Below are positions 15,666-24,636 of a DNA stretch of 32,000 nt, in pieces. Location of the stretch: positions 510,001 through 542,000 of the forward strand of contig NZ_LN831024.1 in assembly GCF_001457615.1 (NCBI RefSeq), in the 5' to 3' direction. Made by a program: the position numbers and the translations under genes. The stretch comes from Pseudomonas aeruginosa. GTDB lineage: Bacteria > Pseudomonadota > Gammaproteobacteria > Pseudomonadales > Pseudomonadaceae. The notes beneath the pieces were generated by a model. That model searched no databases and had not been told where the DNA came from. It worked only from the letters and a program-made list of their open reading frames with translations. The first letter of the stretch is position 1; the number at the start of each line of letters is the position of its first letter.

Positions 15666-17393
15666 TCAGTGCTGCACGCTGTCCACCGCGATCGCTTCGC
15701 CGGAAACTTCGCGGTAGGCCGTGCGGCGCTTGGCCAGGGCGTAGTGGATCAGGCCGGCCAGGCCGGCGCCGAAGAACCAGGAGAACGGCGATAGCTCGGC
15801 GAATGCCGGCAACAATGCCAGCAGGGTGGAGATGATCGCCGCCGGGACGAACGCGGCGATGGCCCGCGGGTTCACCCCTCCCGCGTAGTGATAGGCGCCG
15901 GCGCGGCTTTCGGTGTACAGCTCCGGCAGGTTCACCCGGCCTTTCCGCACCAGGTAGTAGTCGACCATGATGATCCCGTACAGCGGGCCGAGCAGCGCGC
16001 CGAGGCCGCCGAGGAAGTAGAGGATCACCCCGGGGCTGTTGTACAGGTGCCAGGGCAGGATCAGCACTGCGATGGTCGCGCTGATCAGCCCGGCGCGGCG
16101 GAAGTTCAGCAGGTTCGGCGCCAGGTTGGTGAGTACGTAGGCCGGGGCGACGAAGTTGGCCATGATGTTCACCGCCACGGTGACGATCAGCAGCGCCAGG
16201 CTGGCCAGCACCAGGAAGAGGGTGTCGGGGATCGCGGCGACGATGTCGGTGGGGCTCTGGATGAGCTGGCCGTCGATCCTGAACTGGGCGCCGGCGAGGA
16301 CCACCGCGAACAGGCCGAACAGCAGGATGTTCACCGGCAGCCCCCAGAAGTTGCCGACGCTGATGGTGCGGCGGTCCGGGCAGCCGCGGGCGAAGTCGCA
16401 GAAGTTCAGGATCATGGTGCCGTACAGGGTCACCCAGAACGCCGCGCCGCCGAAGATCTTCAACCACATCTGCGAACCGCTCATGGGTTCGCCGCTGGAC
16501 CAGGCGATGGAGGCGCCGGCGCGCAGGTACATCCAGGCGGCGAGGGCGGCGACGGTGAGCAGGATCACCGGTCCGGCGAAGGATTCGTAGCGACGCACCA
16601 TCTCCATGCCGTACGCGAAGATCAGCAGTTGCACGCACCAGATGGCGACGAAGGTCGCCCAGCCCAGGCTCGACAGGCCGAGGATGGCGTCCTGGTCGTA
16701 GGCTGCGAGCCCCGGCCAGATCGCCGTCAGCAGCACGCGCAGGACGATGGAGGCGAGATAGGTCTGGATGCCGAACCAGGCGATGGCGATCACCGCGCGG
16801 ATCAGCGCGGGGAGTTGCGCGCCGTGGATGCCGAAGGCGATGCGGCACATCACCGGGTAGGGCAGCCCGGTCTTCTGGCCCATGTAGCCGGACAGGTTCA
16901 TCAGCCCGTAGACCATCAGCGCGCCCAGGGCCAGCGCGGCGAGGATCTGCGCGCCGCTCATGCCGAGGGCGAAGAGGCCGATGGCGAAGGAGTAGTTGGC
17001 GATGTTGTGCACGTCGTTGGTCCACAGCGCGAACAGGCTGTAGCGTCCCCAGCGGCGCCCTTCGGCCTTGGTCGGGGCGAGATCGGCGCTGTACAGGCGC
17101 GGGCTCAGCGGCGGCAGTTCGGGGCCGGCGTGATGGCTGGCGCGGGGCAGGCAATCGAGACTGGCGGGAGTGCCCAGGTCCAGGCGCGCCGCCGAGAACT
17201 CCGCTGCGCGCAGCCCGGCGCGTGGCAGGCAGTCGAGACTGGCCGGAGTGCCCAGGTCGAGCAGTGAGGCGGAGAACTCCGCGCTCCGCTGACCGGCGCG
17301 CGGCAGGCTGTCGAGGCTTTCCAGGGTGCCGAGGTCGAGCAGCGAGGGAGAAAACTCGCGGGGCGAGGCGGGCGGCTTCGGGGTGCTGGACAT
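15666..17393 (-). CDS. NCS1-family (nucleobase/hydantoin/allantoin-type) cation symporter with a repeat-containing N-terminal extension
   Basis: 575 aa. ATG 17393 lies 7 nt after GGAGGA. NCS1 N-terminal signature LYSADLAPTKAEGRRWGRYSLFALWTNDVHNIANY followed by about 12 TM helices. About 100 residues precede the signature. Confidence 0.85.
   Translation of the reverse strand: MSSTPKPPASPREFSPSLLDLGTLESLDSLPRAGQRSAEFSASLLDLGTPASLDCLPRAGLRAAEFSAARLDLGTPASLDCLPRASHHAGPELPPLSPRLYSADLAPTKAEGRRWGRYSLFALWTNDVHNIANYSFAIGLFALGMSGAQILAALALGALMVYGLMNLSGYMGQKTGLPYPVMCRIAFGIHGAQLPALIRAVIAIAWFGIQTYLASIVLRVLLTAIWPGLAAYDQDAILGLSSLGWATFVAIWCVQLLIFAYGMEMVRRYESFAGPVILLTVAALAAWMYLRAGASIAWSSGEPMSGSQMWLKIFGGAAFWVTLYGTMILNFCDFARGCPDRRTISVGNFWGLPVNILLFGLFAVVLAGAQFRIDGQLIQSPTDIVAAIPDTLFLVLASLALLIVTVAVNIMANFVAPAYVLTNLAPNLLNFRRAGLISATIAVLILPWHLYNSPGVILYFLGGLGALLGPLYGIIMVDYYLVRKGRVNLPELYTESRAGAYHYAGGVNPRAIAAFVPAAIISTLLALLPAFAELSPFSWFFGAGLAGLIHYALAKRRTAYREVSGEAIAVDSVQH
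17146..17363. repeat. Tandem 78-bp repeat, about 2.8 copies, inside the 5' coding region of the permease gene
   Basis: Copies start at 17146, 17224 and 17302 (GGCAGGCARTCGAGRCT...). By hand alignment the two full copies differ at 16/78 positions. They encode 26-aa units EFSxSLLDLGTxxSLDxLPRAGxRxA. Confidence 0.9.
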
Positions 17394-17477
17394 GGCGGTC
17401 TCCTCCGGCAGTCGGAAGAACTCGGCGCGAGGTCGGGTTCGTCTGTTGTTTTTGTATACAAGAATTTCGAAGATTTA

Positions 17478-17494
17478 AGCCAGTTATGTGCCAA
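17478..17494 (-). promoter_or_regulatory. Candidate sigma54 (-24/-12) promoter for the permease gene
   Basis: The minus strand reads TTGGCACATAACTGGCT against the consensus YTGGCACGrNNNTTGCW. GG and GC have the correct 10-nt spacing. The predicted transcription start would be about 75 nt upstream of ATG 17393. Confidence 0.5.
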
Positions 17495-17682
17495 CCGATC
17501 CTCGACCGAATTTTCCGCGCTCTGCGGAAACCGGCCTTTCGGCGGCAAGCCCCTGAAACCGCTTGGGAAAAAGCTGTCGCTTCGATCAGGTAAGAATTTC
17601 GAACCGATTCATAGGCTTATGCGGACGGACGAGGGAGAGGGGAAAAAAGCGGGACGCCAGGAGGCCGCATTGGGAAAATTGT

Positions 17683-17697
17683 GCACAATAATTGTGC
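17683..17697. promoter_or_regulatory. Perfect palindrome GCACAAT-A-ATTGTGC; candidate enhancer/activator site
   Basis: 7-bp arms around one central base, about 190 bp upstream of the candidate sigma54 promoter. The GCAC...GTGC half-sites are reminiscent of NtrC-type sites (TGCACC-N5-GGTGCA). Confidence 0.35.
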
Positions 17698-17740
17698 CCA
17701 GTGTTACCGCCGCGCCCGTCGACGGTGCGCGGCGCGAAGC

Positions 17741-18667
17741 TCAGCCCGTCCGGGAAATATCCAGGCCCTTCAACTGCCCGATCATCCACGCATGGGCGTC
17801 ACGCCCGACATGCTGGACGTGGCTGTAGAGCCGCAGCACGTAGGGCGGAATGTCGAACGGAGCGGGATACAGGGCGAGGCCGGCGGCTTCCGCCAGGGCC
17901 CGTGCGGCATGTCGCGGAGCGGTGAGCAGGAAATCGGTGGAGCCTGCCAGGAACAGCGCCGCCAGCACCGTCGGCAGTTGCACCGCCACTTCGCGACGCA
18001 GGCCGGAGCGGGCCAGCAGCCGGTCGATCACCCCGCTGTCCTCGTTCCACGGCGTCACCACCGCATGCCGTTCGGCCAGGTAGCCCTCCAGCGTCGGCGC
18101 CCCGGCGAGGCGTGGGTGGTCGCGCCGCGCTACCACCACGTAGCGGTCGGCGAACCAGTCATGGGCCTGGATGCCTTCGGGCAGGCGCTCGTGTTCCTCG
18201 TCGTAGCCGAGGGCGAAATCGATCCGCCCGCTGGCCAGGGCCTCCACCGACAGCTTGCGTTCCGCATTGACCAGGCGCAGGCGCACTCCGGGCGCGCTGT
18301 GCTGCAGGCGGTTCATCAGCGGCGGAAGCAGGGCGAAAGCGGTGTAGTCGGTGGCGGCGAAGACGAAGGTGCGCTGGCTCTGTCCCGGTACGAACGGCCG
18401 CCACTCTTCCAGCCCCTCGCCGAGGGCGCGCAGGGCGGCGGCCACCGCAGCGGCCAGGTGCTCGGCACGCTGGGTCGGCTGCATGCGATTGCCCTGGCGC
18501 AGGAACAGTTCGTCGTCCAGCCCCTGGCGCAGGCGCCCCAGCGCATGGCTGAAGGCCGAGGCGCTGATCGCCAGTTCGCTGGCTGCGGTGCCGACGTTGC
18601 GGTGGCGATACAGGGCGTCGAAGACAAGCAGGAGGTTGAGATCGAGACGGCGCAGCAGGGGATGCAT
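17741..18667 (-). CDS. LysR-family transcriptional regulator
   Basis: ATG 18667 gives 308 aa: MHPLLRRLDLNLLLVFDALYRHRNVGTAASELAISASAFSHALGRLR (HTH) plus a substrate-binding domain. Divergent from a GNAT gene. Confidence 0.85.
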   Translation of the reverse strand: MHPLLRRLDLNLLLVFDALYRHRNVGTAASELAISASAFSHALGRLRQGLDDELFLRQGNRMQPTQRAEHLAAAVAAALRALGEGLEEWRPFVPGQSQRTFVFAATDYTAFALLPPLMNRLQHSAPGVRLRLVNAERKLSVEALASGRIDFALGYDEEHERLPEGIQAHDWFADRYVVVARRDHPRLAGAPTLEGYLAERHAVVTPWNEDSGVIDRLLARSGLRREVAVQLPTVLAALFLAGSTDFLLTAPRHAARALAEAAGLALYPAPFDIPPYVLRLYSHVQHVGRDAHAWMIGQLKGLDISRTG

Positions 18668-18691
18668 GTTATTCAGTTGCCGATGATAAGA

Positions 18692-18706
18692 ATGCACTTC
18701 ATGCAT
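18692..18706. promoter_or_regulatory. Dyad ATGCA-N5-TGCAT containing a T-N11-A LysR-type motif in the LysR/GNAT divergent region
   Basis: ATGCACTTCATGCAT lies 25 nt upstream of the LysR start. The inner TGCACTTCATGCA fits T-N11-A. Confidence 0.3.
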
Positions 18707-18754
18707 CTTAGCAGGCGCACTAGGATGGCCGGATCCCCCACCGGAAGGTTGCCC

Positions 18755-19231
18755 ATGACTCTCGAAATCCGTCCCGCCGTACCGGCCGACGCCGAACAGA
18801 TCCTTGCCTTCATCATCGAACTGGCCGACTACGAGCGCGCCCGCCATGAGGTGGTCACCGATGTCGAAGGCATCCGCCGCAGCCTGTTCGCCGAAGGCTC
18901 GCCGACCCGCGCGCTGATGTGCCTGAGCGAAGGCCGGCCGATCGGCTATGCGGTGTATTTCTACAGCTACTCGACCTGGCTGGGGCGCAACGGCATCTAC
19001 CTCGAAGACCTCTACGTCACCCCTGAGTACCGTGGCGTCGGCGCCGGTCGCCGGCTGCTCCGCGAGCTGGCCCGCGAGGCCGTGGCCAACGACTGCGGAC
19101 GCCTGGAGTGGAGCGTGCTGGACTGGAACCAGCCGGCCATCGACTTCTACCGCTCCATCGGCGCGCTGCCGCAGGACGAGTGGGTGCGCTACCGGCTGGA
19201 TGGCGAGGCGTTGCGCAAGATGGCGGAGTAG
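18755..19231 (+). CDS. GNAT-family N-acetyltransferase (diamine/SSAT-like)
   Basis: 158 aa from ATG 18755, with GGAAGG upstream. Acetyl-CoA motif YVTPEYRGVGAGRRLLRELA. The 516-aa track ORF upstream part is antisense to the LysR gene. Confidence 0.8.
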   Translation: MTLEIRPAVPADAEQILAFIIELADYERARHEVVTDVEGIRRSLFAEGSPTRALMCLSEGRPIGYAVYFYSYSTWLGRNGIYLEDLYVTPEYRGVGAGRRLLRELAREAVANDCGRLEWSVLDWNQPAIDFYRSIGALPQDEWVRYRLDGEALRKMAE

Positions 19232-19272
19232 CTGGCGGCAAGCCGGCGTTGATGCCGGGGGAGTGCGTGGGG

Positions 19273-19303
19273 GTAGGGCGAATAGCGCCTGGCGATATCC
19301 GCC
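19273..19303. repeat. REP-like palindromic element (degenerate copy)
   Basis: GTAGGGCGAATAGCGCCTGGCGATATCCGCC between convergent genes. Same family as 1034-1142 and 9513-9550. Confidence 0.7.
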
Positions 19304-19309
19304 AGTTTC

Positions 19310-20243
19310 TCACCGAGGACGCCTGGCGCCTGCCGAGTCATCGCCACCGGTATCCATGCCGCTCTCCCGTAGCGCTGTAGCGTTGTCCCGCAGGAACGCC
19401 CACAGGCGTTCCGCTACCGGGCCCTGCGCGCGATCGCGCCGGCGCGCCGCCACCACCTCTTCGCTGCGTCCTGGCAGATGCGGCCCGGCCAGAGCGAGCA
19501 GGCGGCCGTCGGCCAGTTCCTCGTCGACCAGGAAGTCCGGCAGGTGCCCCCAGCCGAGGCCCTGGAGGATCACCTCTTTCTTCGTTCGCTGGTCCGGCAC
19601 GCTGCACTGTCGCGCGCCGGCGAGCATGAAATAGTCCGTCGGCGGAGAATGGCGGGCGCTGTCGCGCATCACACACTGGGCGAAGGGGCGCAGTTGTTCC
19701 GGGCGCACCGGTCGCGGCGGAGGATCGCCGAGCAGGCCCGGCGCGATGACCGGGACCAGCCCGACCCTGCACAGGTCGAGCCATTCCAGGCGTGGGTCGG
19801 ACTTGTCCACGCGATGCAGGATCAGGTCGGCCTCGCCGTCCAGCAGGCGCTCCAGCGGGCCGCTGACGGTTTCGAACAGCAATTGCAGGCGGGTCTGCGG
19901 CTGGCTGCCGAAGAACCCTGCGAGCAGCGCCAGGGCCGGGCGCGGCGGGCAGAGGTCGCCCAGTACCACGCGCAGCTCGCTTTCCTCGCCCTGGGCCACG
20001 CAGCCCTTCCAGTTCGTAGAGCAGGGCCTGGGCACGCTGGTGGAAGGAGCGACCGGCGGCGGTCAGGCCGACCCGGTAGCCGCCCCGTTCCAGCAGCACC
20101 AGGCCGAGCTGGCGCTCCAGCCGGGCAACGGCGGCGAACACCGCCGGATGGGAGCGGTGCAGGCGCTGTGCGGCGGCCTGGAAGCCGCCGGCGTCGACCA
20201 CCGCGTCGAAGCATTGGAGGTCGTGGAGGGTGAAGTCGTGCAT
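19310..20243 (-). pseudogene. LysR-family transcriptional regulator, apparently disrupted by a 1-nt frameshift
   Basis: The HTH part (ATG 20243: MHDFTLHDLQCFDAVVDAGGFQAAAQRLHRSHPAVFAAVARLERQLGLVLLERGGYRVGLTAAGRSFHQRAQALLYELEGLR) is in one frame. The effector domain (...VAQGEESELRVVLGDLCPPRPALALLAGFFGSQPQTRLQLLFETVSGPLERLLDGEADLILHRV...) continues in another frame (track ORF 19310-20035). The switch lies within about 19991-20010, which contains GGG (19993-19995) and CCC (20003-20005) runs. Confidence 0.75.
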
Positions 20244-20346
20244 GTCAGCTTCCCTGACAGAGTCGTTCCATTCTTTGTAGTTTTTCCCAGGGACCGTCGC
20301 AACTAGCCTGGCGTGCATGGCAATCACCCTGACCCCGGAGGCTCCC

Positions 20347-21144
20347 ATGGGCAACCTGTCTTTTCTCGCTACCAGCGACGGCGCCAGCCTCGCCTATCGC
20401 CTGGATGGTGCGGCAGAGAAACCGCTGCTGGCGCTCTCCAACTCCATCGGCACCACCCTGCACATGTGGGATGCGCAACTCCCGGCACTGACCCGGCACT
20501 TCCGCGTCCTGCGCTACGACGCCCGCGGCCATGGCGCCTCCAGCGTGCCGCCGGGGCCCTACACCCTGGCCCGGCTGGGCGAGGACGTACTGGAGCTGCT
20601 CGACGCGCTGGAGGTACGGCGCGCGCATTTCCTCGGCCTGTCCCTGGGCGGGATCGTCGGCCAGTGGCTGGCGCTGCATGCGCCGCAGCGGATCGAGCGG
20701 CTGGTGCTGGCCAACACCTCGGCCTGGCTCGGCCCGGCGGCGCAGTGGGACGAGCGCATCGCCGCGGTGCTGCAGGCCGAGGACATGAGCGAGACCGCCG
20801 CGGGCTTCCTCGGCAACTGGTTTCCGCCGGCGCTGCTGGAGCGCGCCGAGCCCGTCGTCGAGCGCTTCCGGGCGATGCTCATGGCCACCAACCGGCACGG
20901 CCTGGCCGGCTCCTTCGCGGCGGTGCGCGATACCGACCTGCGCGCGCAACTGGCGCGGATCGAGCGGCCGACCCTGGTGATCGCAGGGGCGTACGACACG
21001 GTCACCGCCGCCAGCCACGGCGAGCTGATCGCCGCGTCGATTGCCGGGGCCAGGCTGGTTACGCTGCCGGCGGTGCATCTGTCGAACGTCGAGTTCCCGC
21101 AGGCGTTCGAAGGCGCGGTGCTGAGCTTTCTCGGCGCAGACTGA
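20347..21144 (+). CDS. Alpha/beta-hydrolase, 3-oxoadipate enol-lactonase (PcaD)-like
   Basis: ATG 20347 lies 5 nt after GGAGG and gives 265 aa. Nucleophile elbow GLSLGG. HGAS/ARGHG and C-terminal His region typical of the PcaD-like family. Divergent from the frameshifted LysR gene. Confidence 0.8.
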   Translation: MGNLSFLATSDGASLAYRLDGAAEKPLLALSNSIGTTLHMWDAQLPALTRHFRVLRYDARGHGASSVPPGPYTLARLGEDVLELLDALEVRRAHFLGLSLGGIVGQWLALHAPQRIERLVLANTSAWLGPAAQWDERIAAVLQAEDMSETAAGFLGNWFPPALLERAEPVVERFRAMLMATNRHGLAGSFAAVRDTDLRAQLARIERPTLVIAGAYDTVTAASHGELIAASIAGARLVTLPAVHLSNVEFPQAFEGAVLSFLGAD

Positions 21145-21186
21145 TTAGGCTATCGTCGCGCCTTTTCCCTCGGCGCAGGAGCCGAC

Positions 21187-21630
21187 ATGAACGAGCCGGG
21201 CAGTTTCATCTGGACGTGGTACGGGCAGGATGAGCATCGATGGGTCCTGCTCAGCGCAGAGGCGTTCCTGGCGCTCGATTTCCTGGCCCTTGACGGTGCC
21301 ATGCAGAGAGAGACCATCGGCAGTTGCCCGGGCTGCTCTACCTGGTCGGAGAAGGTCGTGCCGTTGCACGAGTGGCTCGAAGGCTGTCCGGGTCGCCAGG
21401 CCGGGAGTTTTCGCGATGCCTTGAGGCGTGTCTGGGCGCTGTGCAACGAGCTGCCCGAGGAAGCGCTGGGCTGCTTCGACTTCGACATCTATGCCCACCC
21501 CGGATGGCAGGCGGTACGTCGAGAGGCCCGGGAGGCGCTGCGGCAGAACGGTTGGGACAGCATCCGTAGCCACGCCGAGGAGCTGCGCGACGACTGTTGG
21601 GAGCGTGTGCATGGCTACCCGAAGAAATGA
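21187..21630 (+). CDS. Hypothetical protein (147 aa)
   Basis: AGGAG RBS 21177-21181. No family recognised. Followed directly by a terminator. Confidence 0.55.
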   Translation: MNEPGSFIWTWYGQDEHRWVLLSAEAFLALDFLALDGAMQRETIGSCPGCSTWSEKVVPLHEWLEGCPGRQAGSFRDALRRVWALCNELPEEALGCFDFDIYAHPGWQAVRREAREALRQNGWDSIRSHAEELRDDCWERVHGYPKK

Positions 21631-21656
21631 AAAAGCCGCCCCTCGGGGCGGCTTTT
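21631..21656. terminator. Bidirectional intrinsic terminator between the hypothetical gene (+) and glcB (-)
   Basis: AAAAGCCGCCCCTCGGGGCGGCTTTT. GC stem flanked by an A-run and a T-run, so each strand's transcript ends in a U-tract. Confidence 0.85.
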
Positions 21657-21677
21657 CGTTGCGCTGCGGCGAACGGC

Positions 21678-23855
21678 CTATAGCCCGTTCTTCGCCTTGA
21701 ACTCACGGCGGCGGCGATGCAGGACCGGCTCGGTATAGCCGTTCGGCTGCCGGGTGCCTTCCACCACCAGCTCCAGGGCGGCCTGGAACGCGACGTTGTC
21801 GTCGAAGTTCGGCGCCATCGGCCGGTAGGACGGGTCGCTGGCGTTCTGCCGGTCGACCACCACGGCCATGCGCTTGAGGCTCTCGACCACCTGCTCCTGG
21901 CTGATCACGCCGTGACGCAGCCAGTTGGCCAGCAGTTGGCTGGAGATGCGCAGGGTGGCGCGGTCTTCCATCAGACCGACGTCGTTGATGTCCGGCACCT
22001 TGGAGCAGCCGACGCCCTGGTCGATCCAGCGGACGACATAGCCGAGGATGCCCTGGGCGTTGTTGTCCACCTCGTTCTTGATCTCTTCCGCGGTCCAGTT
22101 GGTGTTCGGCGCCAGCGGAATGGTCAGGATGTCGTCCACCGAGGCCGGGGTGCGCTTGGCCAGCTCGGCCTGGCGGGCGAACACGTCGACCTTGTGGTAA
22201 TGCAGGGCGTGCAGGGTCGCGGCGGTCGGCGACGGGACCCAGGCGGTGTTGGCGCCGGCCAGCGGATGGCCGATCTTCTGCTCGAGCATGGCGGCCATCA
22301 GGTCGGGCATGGCCCACATGCCCTTGCCGATCTGCGCCTTGCCTTGCAGGCCGGTGGCCAGGCCGACGTCGACGTTGTTGTTCTCGTAGGCGCCGATCCA
22401 CTTCTCCGACTTCATGGCGCCCTTGCGCACCACGGCGCCGGCTTCCATGGAGGTGTGGATCTCGTCGCCGGTGCGGTCGAGGAAGCCGGTGTTGATGAAC
22501 ACCACGCGATCCTTGGCCGCCTTGATGCAGGCCTTCAGGTTCACGGTGGTGCGGCGCTCCTCGTCCATGATGCCGACCTTCAGGGTGTTGCGCGGCAGGC
22601 CGAGGACGTCCTCGACGCGGCCGAACAGCTCGTTGGTGAAGGCGGCTTCTTCCGGACCGTGCATCTTCGGCTTGACGATATACACGCTGCCGGTGCGGCT
22701 GTTCTTGCGGCTGGTGTTGCCGTTCAGGTCATGAATGGCGATCAGGCTGGTGAACAGACCGTCCTGGATGCCTTCCGGCACTTCGTTGCCGTCCTTGTCG
22801 AGGATCGCATCGTTGGTCATCAGGTGGCCGACGTTGCGCACGAACAGCAGCGAGCGGCCGTGCAGGGTCAGTTCGGAACCGTCGGCCCTGGTGTAGACGC
22901 GGTCCGGGTTCATGGTGCGGGTGAAGGTGCTGCCGCCCTTGCTGACTTCCTCGGCCAGGTCGCCTTTCATCAGGCCCAGCCAGTTGCGGTAGATCACTAC
23001 CTTGTCGTCGGCGTCGACCGCGGCGACCGAGTCCTCGCAGTCCATGATGGTGGTGAGGGCGGCCTCCATCAGCACGTCCTTCACGCCTGCGGCATCGGTC
23101 TGGCCGACCGGGCTGCTCGGGTCGATCTGGATTTCGAAGTGCAGGCCGTTGTGCTTGAGCAGTACCGCTTGCGGCTTGGCGGCGTCGCCCTGGAAGGCAA
23201 GGAACTGGCCAGCGTTCTTCAGGCCGGTTTCGCTACCGTTCTTCAGCGCGACGACCAGCGCGCCGTTCTTCACGCTGTAGGAAGTGGCGTCGACATGGGA
23301 GCCGGACTCCAGCGGCGCGGCCTCGTCGAGGAAGGCGCGAGCGAAGGCGATGACCTTGTCGCCGCGAACCTTGTTGTAGCCCTTGCCTTTCTCGGCGCCG
23401 CCTTCTTCGCTGATCACGTCGGTGCCGTAGAGCGCGTCGTACAGCGAGCCCCAGCGGGCGTTGGAGGCGTTGAGGGCGAAGCGCGCATTCATCACCGGCA
23501 CCACCAGCTGCGGGCCGGCCATGCGGGCGATCTCGTCGTCGACGTTCTGGGTGCCGGCCTGGAAGTCTTCCGCCTCGGGCAGCAGGTAGCCGATTTCCTC
23601 GAGGAAGGCCTTGTAGGCAGCGGCGTCGTGGGCCTGGCCGGCGCGAGCCTGGTGCCAGCCGTCGATCTTGGCCTGGAGTTCGTCGCGCTTGGCGAGCAGG
23701 GCTTTATTCTTCGGCGCCAGGTCGTTGATCACGGCCTCCGCACCGGTCCAGAACGTGTCGGCAGAGACGCCGGTTCCGGGGATGGCTTCGTTGTTCACGA
23801 AGTCGAACAGGACTTTGGCGACCTGCAGGCCACCGACTTGAACGCGTTCAGTCAT
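21678..23855 (-). CDS. glcB: Malate synthase G
   Basis: 725 aa from ATG 23855: [29 protein letters not shown].... Full-length similarity to GlcB as I recall it (for example [29 protein letters not shown]). Confidence 0.95.
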   Translation of the reverse strand: MTERVQVGGLQVAKVLFDFVNNEAIPGTGVSADTFWTGAEAVINDLAPKNKALLAKRDELQAKIDGWHQARAGQAHDAAAYKAFLEEIGYLLPEAEDFQAGTQNVDDEIARMAGPQLVVPVMNARFALNASNARWGSLYDALYGTDVISEEGGAEKGKGYNKVRGDKVIAFARAFLDEAAPLESGSHVDATSYSVKNGALVVALKNGSETGLKNAGQFLAFQGDAAKPQAVLLKHNGLHFEIQIDPSSPVGQTDAAGVKDVLMEAALTTIMDCEDSVAAVDADDKVVIYRNWLGLMKGDLAEEVSKGGSTFTRTMNPDRVYTRADGSELTLHGRSLLFVRNVGHLMTNDAILDKDGNEVPEGIQDGLFTSLIAIHDLNGNTSRKNSRTGSVYIVKPKMHGPEEAAFTNELFGRVEDVLGLPRNTLKVGIMDEERRTTVNLKACIKAAKDRVVFINTGFLDRTGDEIHTSMEAGAVVRKGAMKSEKWIGAYENNNVDVGLATGLQGKAQIGKGMWAMPDLMAAMLEQKIGHPLAGANTAWVPSPTAATLHALHYHKVDVFARQAELAKRTPASVDDILTIPLAPNTNWTAEEIKNEVDNNAQGILGYVVRWIDQGVGCSKVPDINDVGLMEDRATLRISSQLLANWLRHGVISQEQVVESLKRMAVVVDRQNASDPSYRPMAPNFDDNVAFQAALELVVEGTRQPNGYTEPVLHRRRREFKAKNGL

Positions 23856-23917
23856 TGTTTGCCTCACTCTGCTCTAGACCAGCTCTGGACCCGGGCCGCA
23901 CGGCCTTGTAGTCCGAG

Positions 23918-23943
23918 CCGCGGCATACTACATGATGCCGCGG
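23918..23943. other. Perfect 9-bp-arm inverted repeat in the glcB upstream region
   Basis: CCGCGGCAT-N8-ATGCCGCGG, 63-88 nt upstream of the glcB ATG. No U-tract follows it on either strand, so it is not a terminator. It may be an operator or a 5'-UTR hairpin. Confidence 0.3.
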
Positions 23944-24161
23944 GAAAAATCAGTGGTTACGCGTCGCGTTACGACTGGATGACGCTTCACGGTCACGTTG
24001 GCCAGGCTCAATGTTCGCAAAAAAACTGTACTTTGTTCCAGATAAATCTAAAAACAGTACACGATTTATCGCGAGCCCAACTGCGGCGCGGCGTCGCAGG
24101 ATGTTTCACTGCGCTGCGAGCGCCTTGCCTATACTCTCGGAATCGCCTCAGGAGCCTCGCC

Positions 24162-24605
24162 ATGCCCGTCCATGCCGCATCCCTCGCCGATCTCGCCGAC
24201 CTGGTTCCGCTGTTTTCCGCCTACCTCGACTTCTACGAAGTGCCGGCGCCGGAAGAGCAGGTTCGCGCATTCCTCGCCGAGCGCCTGCGCCAGGGCGATT
24301 CGACCCTGTTCCTGGCCAGGGATGCCGAGGCGCGGGCGCTGGGCTTCGTCCAACTCTATCCGCTGTTCGCCTCCCTGGCGCTACGACCTTCGTGGCTGCT
24401 CAGCGATCTCTACGTCCGCCCGGAGGCGCGTCGCCGGGGTGTCGGCGAGGCCCTGATGAACCAGGCCCGGGGTTTCGCCGAAAGCATGGGCGCCTGCGGC
24501 CTGCAACTGGAGACGGCGAAGACCAACCACGCCGGGCAGTCGCTCTACGAGCGCCTCGGCTATGTCCGTGACGAACAGTTCTACACTTACTGGCTGCAGC
24601 TCTGA
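24162..24605 (+). CDS. GNAT-family acetyltransferase
   Basis: 147 aa. CAGGAG RBS 24149-24154. Motif YVRPEARRRGVGEALMNQA. It forms the 3' part of a 962-aa track ORF that is otherwise antisense to glcB. Confidence 0.8.
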   Translation: MPVHAASLADLADLVPLFSAYLDFYEVPAPEEQVRAFLAERLRQGDSTLFLARDAEARALGFVQLYPLFASLALRPSWLLSDLYVRPEARRRGVGEALMNQARGFAESMGACGLQLETAKTNHAGQSLYERLGYVRDEQFYTYWLQL

Positions 24606-24636
24606 ACTCCCATTCGTCCCAGCAGGAGGCAAGCTC

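Noticed and set aside
21187-21630. Possible zinc-binding or redox function of the 147-aa hypothetical protein, because of the CPGC and GCPG motifs
   Set aside because: The Cys spacing does not fit any motif I can name with confidence, so the protein is left as hypothetical.
21717-24605. 962-aa ORF on the + strand, the longest in the track
   Set aside because: Apart from its last 147 codons (the real GNAT gene, 24162-24605), it runs antisense to glcB. Its translation is Gly/Ala/Val/Asp/His-rich low-complexity sequence typical of the mirror frame of a GC-rich gene. The opposite strand encodes a full-length, recognisable malate synthase G.
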